64,000 nt of DNA from Camelus ferus (lineage: Eukaryota): the NCBI RefSeq assembly GCF_009834535.1, contig NC_045696.1:71240001-71304000 (forward strand), read 5' to 3'. The notes beneath the pieces are model-generated. The model saw nothing but the letters and a program-made list of their open reading frames with translations, had not been told where the DNA came from and ran no database searches. The position numbers and the translations under genes are program-made. This document shows, in pieces, positions 39,601 through 51,600 of this stretch; positions within the stretch are counted from its first letter, which is position 1; the number at the start of each line of letters is the position of its first letter.

Positions 39601-42600
39601 TACCTGTATCTTGCCCCTCCCCCATTCTCCCCACTTTAACCACCAGTTTGTTCTCTATGAGTCTCTTTCTTTTTGTTATATTCACTAGTGTGTTTTATTT
39701 TTTAGATTTCACATGTAAGTGATAGCATACAGTAGTTGTTTTTCTCTGACAGATTTCACTAAGTATCTGTCTAGGTCCATCCATGTTATTGCAAATGGCA
39801 AAATTTTCTTTTTCTATGGCTGAGTAGTATTCCAGTGTGTGTATATATATATCCCATCTTCTTTATCCAGTCATCTGTTGATGAATACTTAGGTTACTTC
39901 CATATCTTAGCTATTGTAAATAATATTTCTATGAACATTGAGGTTGTGTGTATCTTTTTGAATTACTGTTTTCATTTTCTTCAGATATATACCCAGGAGT
40001 GGATTTCCTGGATCATATGGTACTTCTATTTGTAGTTTTTTGTTTTTTTTAATGGAGGTACTAGGAATTGAACTCAGGACCTCTGCATGCTAAACATGCA
40101 CTCTACCACTGAGCTATATCCCGCACCCCCTATTTTTAGTATTTTGAAGAACTTCCATATTGTTTTCCACGGTGGCTCCAGTATAGATTTCCACCAAAAG
40201 TGTACAAGGGTTGGTTCCCTTTCCTCCACAACCTTGCCAACATTTGCTATGTGTGGTCTTTTCGGTGATAACCATTCTGACAGGTGTGAGGTGATATCTT
40301 ATGGTTTTGGTTTGCATTTCCTTGATGATTGGCAATGTTGAGCATCTGTATGTCTTCTTTGGAAAAATATCTATTCAGGTCATCTGCCCATTTTTTAATT
40401 GGGTTGTTTGTTTTTTTGATATTGAGTTGTATGTGCTGTTAATATATTTTGGATATTAAGCCCTCATCAGTCATAATAGTTGCAAATATTTTCTCCCATT
40501 CAGTAGGTTGTCTTTTTGTTTTGTTGATGGTTTCCTTTGCTAGGCAAAAGATTTTAAGTTTAATTAGGTCCCATTTATTTACTTTTGGTTTTGTTTCCTT
40601 TGCCTTAGGAGTTTTATGGTTTCCCTTCTTACACTTAGGTCTTTAATCCATTTTGAGTTTATTTTTATATATGGTGTGAGAAAATGTTATAATTTCATTC
40701 TTTTACACGTAGCTGTCCAGTTTTCCCAGCACCACTTATTGAAGAAACTGTCTTTTCTTCATTGTATATTCTTGCCTCCTTTGTGGTAGAATAAGTTAAA
40801 AGATCCATTCATTTTAGAAATACATACTGATGATAGTTGTACAACATTGTAAATATAAGTAATGCCCTCAATGGTACACTTAAAAATGGTGAAAATGCCA
40901 ATTTTTATGTTATGTGTGTTTTGCCACGATAAAAAAAAATCCATTTGAGTGTGTCATTCAGTAGCTGGCTCCTAACTTTCTTTTTTGTTGTTGTTAGGTT
41001 TTTTTTTTTTTAAATGGGAGTTAGTGGGGATTGAACCCAAGACCTTGTGCATGCTAAGCATGCACTCTACCACTGAGATATACCCCCAACCCAACTAACT
41101 TTTAATTAGAAGTGACTAATCTGCAATGTAATGACATAATAAGGACAAGTGTCAAGAGAAAATCTAATAGACTTCTGTGATGCCTTCCAAGAGATAAGTA
41201 CACTCAACTAATATCATATACTTGTAGATTGATTTTCAGTATTTGGCAGTACCTATCTGTGTGAAAAGATTTTTCAAAGATGAAATTATAAAATCTCATT
41301 ACAAAGTCAGCATTAACTGATGAAGATTTGTAATCAATTTAGATGAAAGGGAAAACTAGTTTAAATCCCAGTTTAAAAAGTAAAGTGTTATTCCCCTATG
41401 AAAGAGCTTCATTTTTCTCATTAGTAGACCTGTATCACAAAAATATTGTGCTGAATTGTTATTATTGTATTTTGAATTTGCCAGTAAAATTTTGTAGAAA
41501 TTTATTTTCTTTGGTAACATAAGTACCTACATAATATCCTCTATTTTGTCTCTTAGCCCCACAAAGCCTAAAATATTTACTATCTGGACCTTTACAGAAA
41601 ATTTTGCCAACCCTTACCTTAGAGGATTGATGTTTCACTGTTTCTTCTTTTCTAATTTATGCTTTGAAAACCACAATTTCTCTCTGTGCTCCACTTTGAC
41701 TGCATTCCACAAATTTTGATGTGTTATAATTTCTTGCCATTTACCTCAGAATATATATGCTAATTTCTATTTGATGTCTTCTTTAACTTGTATTATTTAT
41801 AAGTGTGCTGCAATTTCTAGATATTTGAAGATTTTCATGTTATCTTTGTTACTGACTTCTAATTGAATTCCAGGTGGTCAGAGTTCATACACTGTGATGT
41901 CAGTCTTTTGAAATTTGCTGAGGTTTGCTTTATGGCCCAGCATATAGTTCATTTTGGCAGCTATCCAGTGTGCACTTGAAATGGTATTATTTTAATTTTT
42001 TCTCTTCTTCTAAAGCTTTAGACATCCATATAAGGCTGGTCCTTGTCAGCTTCTCTACCTACTTTGTGTGTATTCCCAGTTTCTACTTCCTTCTAGTGAT
42101 ATGCTTATGTTTTTTTAATGTGTCTTTCTCCTTTCTCAACCCAGTGGTTTTCTTGTCTTATAGGCAGCTTAAAGGTTATAGGCAGCTTAAAGGTTAAATA
42201 AATAAATAAAACAGAATGAAACAAAAAAATCTTTTGTTGTGTACTTGAATCTTAGTAGTCTTAAGTTTATTTTTAGGTGCCATAGTCCCCAGCTACTTAA
42301 ATAAGTGTTCATCTTATACCTAAGGACTTTATATAAGAATTCATTCTTGTTGGAGAGGGTGTGGAGAAAAAGGAACCTTCCTACACTGTTGATGGGAATG
42401 TAAATTGGTGCAGCCACTAAGAACAGTATGTAGGTTCCTTAAAAAACTAAAAATAGAGCTACCATGTGATCCAGCAATCTGACTCTTGGGCATATATCCA
42501 GAAAGGACAAAAATTCTAATTCAAAAAGATACATGCACCACAATGTTGATAGCAGCACTATTTACAATAGCCAAGACATGGAAGCAACCCAAGTGTCCAT

Positions 42601-45600
42601 CAGTAGATGAATGGATAAAGAAAATGTTGTGTGTGTATATGTACATATATATAATGGAAACTACTCAGCCATAAAAAAGAATGAAATAATGCCATTTGCA
42701 GTAACATGGATGGACCCAGAGATTATTATATTAAATAAAGTAAGTCAGACAGAGAAAGACAAATGTCATATGATATCACTTATATGTGGAATCTTAAAAA
42801 AAAATAATACAAGTGAACTTATTTACAAACCAGAAACAGACTCATTGACTTAGAAAACAAGCTATGGTTACCAAAGGGGAAAGGGTTGGGGGAAGGGATA
42901 AATTAAGACTTTGGGATTAACATATACACACTACTATAAAATAGATAAACAACAAGGGCCTACTGTATAGCACAAGGAACTATATTTAGTATCTTGTAAT
43001 AACCTGTAATGGAAAAGAATCTGAAAAAGAATATATATATATATATGTATAACTGAATCACTTTGCTGTACACCTGAAACTAACACAACATTGTAAATCA
43101 ACTATACTGCAATAAAAATAAATTTAAAAAAGAAGAGTTTATTCTTTTCTTGGTGTTGATGCCTTTGTCATGCTGTGTTATTCTTTTGAAACCTTGCCTT
43201 TTGACAAAAGGGAAAAAATGTGCTTCCCAGTTGCTGTGTACTCTCCTGATACTGACCTTATCCTGAAGATACGTAACTATGCTGTGACAGAAAGCTATTG
43301 TATTTGAGGAGAGAGCTACCTGGGCATGCAGGTGACCCCCAGGCGCGAATTCTGCCCCTTCATTTCCACCAATATCTGAGTTCCCTTTGTTCTGTGTGGA
43401 AAAGAGGTGGCGCATCAAAATTGAGGCTCTGCTTTGTTTGAGGCACAGTGTGTTAGGTGCTGCACCACGTAACTTTTTCTTGATTTGGGGATCTATTCTT
43501 TCTTGCTAGTTTGCAATAATTGCTTGAAATATTTGTGATAATGTGAGAAAAGGATAAGGTCCTTATAATCCTTACTTAAGGAAAAGAATGATTCTGCTTC
43601 TGCAACTGCAAAAGTAACTTTCAGTTACTTTTAGAGTAAATGGGGATAGATGTGTCCAGGTTCTTGGCCACCCTCTTCTGCCACAGTCAGATTTTGAATT
43701 ACATGCATTTTTGTTAATATGATTAATTGGTATTTACAAGCTTTACAGTAAATATGTGTAACTTTATATTTCCATTCATGGGAACCTCTACTTCATGCTG
43801 CGGAAATCTGGGTACTTTCAATTAAAAAATAAATAAATAAAGTGAAAAGGAAAAAAAAAAACACATTGTAACTGACTATACTTCAATTAAAAAAAATAAA
43901 GTGAAAGAAAAAAATCTGGGTACTGGAGCTCATCAGCTGTGCAGCCAGAGTGAGGGAGGGCCCCTGGTCTGCCTTCTCTGTTTCTGATAAGACAGAGAGG
44001 AGGCGTGTGTACATCCTGGCTTTTTTTGCATCACCAGGCTGTTTAACTGGGGGTGATTGTGAAATTTTTATCATAGAAAATGGGCAATAGAATTTGCAGT
44101 TAGTAGTGAAGTAATTGACTCTCAGTCCATATTGGGAAATGAAAAATAGAACATTTTGGTGACAAAAATACAAATTTTAGGACATAAAACACAAGTGAAT
44201 CCTAATAGAAACTGGACTTCAGTTAATGATAACATGTCAGCATTGGATTGGCAATTGTGTCTAACATACCATGCTCATGTAAAATGTTAATAATGGAGGA
44301 AACAGATGAGGAAGGGGGGGGGAGGCGAGGAGGTGTATGGGAACCCTTTGTGCTTTCTGCTCAATTTTTCTGAACCTGAAAGTGCTCCAAAAAATAAAAT
44401 CTATTAGTTTAGAAGTTTTAAGTATCTGATTTAATGTTCCTTAGCAAGACCGTATCATACAAGTTAGTGTTTAACCTCCTGATCATGGGATTTCTTGGGT
44501 AAGATGAATCTGGTTTGCATTCTGAGCTGTTGTGTCAGATAGATTTGCTTCTCTCTGTTTTCCCAATGTTCATCACCTGTGCTTTTGCCTTCTCTCACTA
44601 TCTGTTGGAACAGCTGGATTGCCAAGATGCCTTGGAAACAGCAGCCCGAGCTGAGGGCCTTTCCCTGGATGCCTCCATGCATTCTCAGCTCAGAATCCTG
44701 GATGAAGAACATCCCAAGGGAAAGTACCATCACAGCTTAAGTGCTCTGAAGCCCATCCGGACCACTTCCAAGTAAGAGGCTCTGCAGGTTCATGACTTGT
44801 CTGTGAAGCTCCAAAAATATTTTTGAAAATTCAGGCTTAGATTGGACCATTTGGGAAAAACTGTGTTTAGTCAGGTGCTCTGTGTACTAGGCAGTGTGTG
44901 ATAAATGTTGGCTAGCCTCTCGCGTGTGTTGACAATCTTGTGTTTGGGTTTTCTCCCCTCAGACACCAGCACCCAGTGGACAACGCTGGGCTCTTCTCCT
45001 GTATGACTTTTTCTTGGCTTTCTCCTCTGGCTCGCATAGCCCACAGGAAGGGGGAGCTCTCAATGGAGGATGTGTGGTCTTTGTCCAAGTACGAGTCTTC
45101 GGAGGTGAACTGCAGAAGGTAGGTGTCTCTGTTCCACCCTCGTCTGGATGCATAGGGCCTGAGCGAGGGTGTGGGTTCAGCAGTGTAAGGTCCAGAGCTC
45201 TGTGCCCTTTTAGGATCTGAGCTATCCTAGGGAGGGAGGGGAGCCTGGGGGTAGCTTTCTCTTTACTCTTCTGCTTTATCTCGTATTTCACCTTTAATCC
45301 TGTTTTAACCATGGGCTTTCTCTCTCTCTCTCAGCCCCACTTCTCTTCCTGAGTCTGCAGGGAGATTATGTTGCTGCCTTGTGACAGAATACATTTTTGT
45401 GGTAGCTGATTGTCATGGTTAAAATCTAGTTTACAACTTTACTTTTTACCGCAGAATCCTTCAGAAAGGGATGGGGACCCTTGAGAAAGGAATTTCTTAT
45501 CCACACACAAATTCTGTTCAGGGATAATTTTTCTGGGTGGAAGGAAAGACTTTCATTCTCATCAATTTCTGAATCCTGAGAGGCTCTCTATACCGGGTAA

Positions 45601-48600
45601 ATATGTAGTTACCCAGGAAGTGTCTTTTTTCCCCCCAGAAGGTGAAGACTATGTACATACTTTTAGAGGAGAGACTGGTGTTGAGTGGCAAAAAGTGATG
45701 GCAGGAGGGAAGCTGGGGGAGGGGTGTGTGTGTGTGTGTGTGTGTGTGCTGTGCTGTGCGTGCGTGCCTTTTCCCTGGGGAGATGTGTAACGGAGGACAT
45801 GTGCCTTTGTTAAGACTAGAGAGATTGTGGCAAGAAGAGCTAAATGAAGTTGGGCCAGACGCTGCTTCCCTCCGGAGGGTTGTGTGGACCTTCTGCCGCA
45901 CCAGGGTCATCCTCTCCATCGTGTGCCTGATGATCACGCAGCTGGCTGGCTTCAGTGGACCAGTAAGTCCTAACCATCCTTTCTGACAGCCTCCAGAGGC
46001 CCGGCCATGGCCAGCGCTAACATTCTCGTTCTGTTGCAGGGGTTGCGCTCACCTCTGGGCTAGTTAGCAGCCTTAGCGATGCCTCCAGGTCTGTTGAAAG
46101 GGAACAGTTGGTTTTGGGGTGAATGGTGGTTTGTCAGAAGCCGGAAGGATGAGGGGGCCGTGTTGCCAGAGAAGAAGCAGAACTGGCTTGTGGTCCTGGG
46201 GTGGGGGCGAACCTGAATGATTCCGGCTCTGCACAGGACTGCGCTGCTTTGCCGCGCATTGACCTGAAATGACACTCCTGGTTCAGGAAGACGCGACTGC
46301 GGTGCTGTGAGCAGGCGAAAGCAATGCTGTGTGGATAGGCTGTCGAGTTGGTGCCCATGACGTGCTGAATGCCTGGGGGCGGAGTTGTCACGTGTTTGAC
46401 GGTTCTGTGGCAAATGAGCCCTTGAGAAACCAGAGGACTGTTGACATTTTTAGAGCCTAACTGGGAGTTTGTTTTAAGTTTTGGTTTATAGTGTAAACCG
46501 TGTGGCAGGTGTTGGGGTGGCAGCCATGGTTCTTCCTAGCGTTGGCGAAGCAGAGTAGGGGAGAAGAGTGATGTTCACATTGTTTTCTGGACCACTATTT
46601 CTTACACCTGCTGTGCTGCCTTACACGTGAGACTTTGTTTAAATCTATTCTCTACATATTTGCCTTGAGGCATCGGAGCAGTAGTTCTCCTTATACTGTG
46701 CATTTTCCGTGTGTGGGTAAGCTGGAGGTTCATGGTTTTGGTAAGTATGTGCCTAAGATGCATGGTGATTAGGTAAAACTAATTTGCAGTTTTTCTGTTT
46801 TTTTTTGTTTGTTTGTTTATTTATTTTTGTTTTTGTTTTTAATGTTTGATGCCTTTTAAAAGTTTTGATCTCTTTTCTGAAGCAGTGAACACTACTTTTC
46901 TGGTATTGGGTTTCTTATTAATTGACCAACTAACACACTTTAATAATAAGTTTTAAGTAAGAGGGACCATGTAACTGAATATCATGTTACTGACCAAAAT
47001 GGCAAACATTTTCATAGGACCAGCTTCCCCCAAGAAGAGCTTCTGTCATTGTTTCACTACAGGGCTGGTGGCTGCTCTGATCTTTCAAGGAATTCTTTCA
47101 GCTGGGTAGCAAGGTATACAGGCTTTCTTTACTCCATTTGGCCAGTGCCAGAATTTCATTGGCTTCTCCCACTGCCCCCTCCCCCCAATTCCATAGATTG
47201 TTGGGATTTTCAGTTTTACTTGGGAAAAAAATTTACCTATGCTTGTTCAGCTTGGGGGCCTTACAGTCACTCCCTTGAGCATCTGCATATTCCTTAATCT
47301 CTTTTAAGGCACAGAGCACTGGAAAACTAATCTCTAGTAAACTCTTCTAGATGCCAGGGAAAGCTGAGAGCCTTCCTTTAATAGGAAAACAGCAGCATGC
47401 TTTTCCTTCTCTCCACCCTCTTGGGGAAGAGCACCTTAAGGACTGTGTTATTTCATGAGATTTTTTCCTAGAACAATTGAGAAGGCGGTCGTCTCATCCA
47501 CAGTCTCTCTAGCTGATATAAAAAGATTTCAGATTGTGAGCAATGCAAACTCCTTTTTTTGGAGCTCCAATTCTAACAGATTTCTTTTTAATTGGAAATT
47601 GAAGAATCAGGCCGGTTTTGAGATTAGTACTAATGATGAGCACACCTTCCATCTGTGGATTGAAATCCCCTCGAGGAACATCCATCTTAGATTTTTGCAT
47701 ATTTGCTAACATGGCAGGGCTTTCAAACTGGCTTAGTCTGTTCTTACAGAAGTCTACGTAAGAGCTGACTTCCTAAATATCATAGTTTTTTAATCTTCTC
47801 TCAGGCCTCACTGAACCTTGGTAGCCATATGCAGAGCAAATGAAACACAATCAAGTGACTGTGTTTTGTTTTGTTTTTTAACTGCTGGCCAGCTGAGACT
47901 GGACCTTTATGATCAAGATGATCTAAGGTTTCAGCGATGCCAGCAAACCAGCACTCTGTGCACGGTGTCCCAGGGTCACCGTAGTGTTAATGGAGGGCCA
48001 GAATCTATAAGGGTATGGTTCTGACCTATGACAAGTGGCCAAATTGCTAAACTTGCAGAGATGACTTGTGGCCTTGGATTAAAACAGTTTTAAAAAAACC
48101 AGGCCTGACTTATGATCTGTGTGTAAAGAATTAGCATCCGCCCTGTAGATCTGCAAGAGAAGACTTCCTCCTGCAGTGCTATCTCTCGGTGAATGCTAAC
48201 TCTGCTCAAGGTCCTTTTGGGGAAAGGACAGTGAAAAGCCTCTAGAGAGGTAAGTTTCCCACCCTTCCAACCTCTCTCCAGCTGCAGCTTGCTTGGTGCT
48301 GTCAGGATCTGGATTTGGGGGGAGTGTCTCTGTAGTGGAACTAGTGACAGAAGCTGTTCTTTAGAATTTTCAGGATGGCTGTATTCTGCGGTCAGAATGA
48401 GAGAGTCAAGCTGGGCAGAATCTCTCGCCAAGAGTTCAGGTAAGGTAATGTTTATTCACTGGGAATGCTTTCCACAGCCAGACAGCTATGCTGACAGTCT
48501 CAAGTTTTCTCACAGTTTGTTTAAATTTAAATGATAAATTTATAACCCTTTAAAACTAAATTTTGGTTGGATTTTTCATGCGAGCCTTTTTTTTCTTTAT

Positions 48601-51600
48601 TCCATACAAAATAGTTTGAAATGTAATTGTTTTTTAAAAAAACTCTGTGCTGAAAGTTCTTTAATCTGCTGTTTCCTCTTTTCCCTCCCCTTTGAAAGTT
48701 TTGCATAGTGTTAAGCGTTCATTTTGTCTTTTACCTTCCCCCTGCTCCTCCCCTCTGGGAGGTACTAATGCTATTACCTGGTGCTGAAAAATGGCACAGT
48801 CAATAAAGGTATGGGAAGGAAGGAACCCCAAACTGCAACCTGCTGTCCTTCCACGCCTTCCTTTGGAGACTGCTCCGTCAGTGCCAAGGTGTGTGAGAAA
48901 ATGCTTTACCGCACCGCCATCTTACTGAGTTGCTTCACGTGAGGAAAATGGGGCTTTGACCCTGCCATTCAGTGACTCAGTTCCACATTTTGGATTGAAT
49001 ACTGGAAAAGAAGCCAATCTTCTTGCTAGTAAACCAACAACCCAGCTGTATGCAGTGGTGACCCAAACAGTGGATATAAAATCAAAAATCTGAGGGAGGG
49101 GAGAGATGGGATACAATAATTCTTGGAAACTGAAATCTCCTATTTATTTGATCAGGTTATTTACTGAGACTTGACATAAATCTGATTGGTGGGGATCGCT
49201 TAGAATCTAGTCGACATCTGGTATTAATTTCCTCTCAGGAAAAACAAGAAATACCGATTCATGCAGAGAGAGTCTGGGTTCTGGAATTCAGCATTAGCTG
49301 CTTCAGGACAATTGCATCTGGCCTCCATTTTTGTCTGTCATTCAAGTGCTGTCTCCTGGCAACAGTACCTTTTGCTATAAGGATCGGGTAGACGGGTGGA
49401 TGGGCTTCTCGTTAATTTTATTTTCTTCCTTCGGGGAAGGGGATTGGTTTGGCTTTCTTTTGTTGTGGTTTGTTTTGTTTCATTTTTGGCAAGATCAACT
49501 TTAGCTGCAAGGACTCGAAAAGACTCTGAAGGACGCCGCCCATCTTTCCTTGAGGCCTAGATTTTTGTATTCCGTCCTGAGCAGAGGTCACACTCCTCAC
49601 AGCCTAGTGAACCAGTATCGCCAGTGATTTTAAGCAGAGTCACCTCTTTGGGGAGTTTTTAGTTTTGTTTTGTTTTTTAATTCTCTTTCCTTAGCAGCAA
49701 GGTCTTTATTCCTGGAGAATCTCCTCTATTGCAGACTCGCTGCAACTTCAGGAGCCATACCCGATTAAGTGCTGTCCGCTTGATGTGCTACTCCGGACTC
49801 CGGAAACAGATCTTGGTTCTATTCTGTATCTCCACTGTGTGTGGCTAAAACAACAGTCAAGGCCAGACGACCTGTTAGCTGGCTTGCCCTGTATAACTCC
49901 ACTCTGTATGTTCCCATGTATGTTACCACAATGCTCCTCCTACTGTACAGTGTCTGTGAGATGCTCTTTGAAGATGGTACTTTTTTTTTCATTTTCAATA
50001 AAAGTACATTACCTCCCACTTCCTGGTATTTAATCCTGTTGCTGAATGTGCCTTGTGTGAGTGTGTGCTCCGGCGTTGCAGGACCTCAGAGCTGGAGGTG
50101 GCACTCGGTGGTTCTTGGGGGCTGGCTGCCTTCCCTCACTGCAGGTGGTGTTAGACATGTGCTACCTGAGGTAACATGTTTTTGTTTTTGGGAGGGAGCG
50201 GGGAATGGGGGAGGGCCCACGGGAGGGTCTCTGGATTTGGATAGTCTGCTTTGTTTGCTCTCTTCTGTACTATTAAACTGCTGATGTTTATTTTCAGGAA
50301 TGTTTTGCAAATGCACTTCTCACTCTTCCCCAGTCCAACTGTAGGTACACTGTTCCTTTTTATCAAATAAGCACGTTTGAAACGATCCAAAAAAAAAAAA
50401 AAAGGTCTTAATTTCATGTAAAGAAATGTACCATTGTGTGAAGATACTGGAGTAAGGTCAAATATATACTTTTTAATGACCGTGTGTTGAGAATGAATTT
50501 CAGCTCATGGACAGGTTTATGTTACATTAGAAAGAGTCACGATTTTGATGGTGTCCTGAAGGAAGAAAGTTTCAAATTAGACCTACCTCCTGCAAAATGC
50601 CCTGTGTAAGTTGTGGCAGGTGGGCTGACAGCAATATTTGGTCCTCCAGGGAGGTGTTTCTCTGCTTAGTCACTGTCAAACACAAAGAGCTGCCTCCTCT
50701 TTCTAACTTAACATAAAACTGTGGTGTGGTGTGTGGGTGCCGTGGAGATGCTGACAATGGTGTGTGTTTCTCCCTGTAGGCCTTCGTGGTGAAACACCTC
50801 CTGGAGTACACCCAGGACACAGAGTCTAACCTCAAGTACAGCTTGCTGTTAGTCCTGGGCCTCCTGCTGACAGAAATCGTGCGTTCTTGGTCACTTGCAC
50901 TGACTTGGGCATTGAATTACCGAACTGGTGTCCGCTTACGGGGGGCCATCCTAACCATGGCGTTTAAGAAGATCCTTAAGTTAAAGAACATTAAAGAGAA
51001 GTCCGTGGGTGAGGTGAGTGAGGGGTGTTTGCTGCAGGGCAGTGAGAAAGCTCCCCGCTCGGGCTCTTTCTTTCCATTAGGTCCCTGCTGTGTCCATCCC
51101 CTTACTCCTGGGACCGGCCTGCTCACTGCTCTTTGTGTCTCGTAGCTCATCAACCTGTGCTCCAACGATGGGCAGAGGATGTTCGAGGCAGCCGCCGTTG
51201 GCAGCTTGTTGGCTGGAGGACCTGTTATTGCCATCTTAGGCATGATTTATAATGTCATTATTCTGGGACCAACCGGCTTCCTGGGATCAGCTGTTTTTAT
51301 CCTCTTCTATCCTGCAATGGTGAGTAAGCCTCCTTACCATATTTTGGCAGCTTCTCCTTAGATGAGTTATTTCTCTTGGGCTATATATAGTAGGCACCAC
51401 TGAGGTATCACGTTTTTGATTGGAAATTTCCTCTAAGCAGTTAGCTGGTTTGGAAATGTCTACAATGAGCTAGACAGTGTTCAATCTATCAGGCAGAGTT
51501 TTGACTTCAGAGGAAGTAAGGTGTCACTTGAATAAGGCAGTAGCTCCTGAATGAGATTAAAAAAGAGGAAGTGTGAGTGAAAGAGAAGGTCAGCAGGTGA

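Noticed and set aside
51014..51145. ABCC5 intron 6 (132 nt, multiple of 3) as an in-frame retained intron
   Set aside because: The acceptor TAG (51143-51145) is an in-frame stop, so retention truncates the protein.
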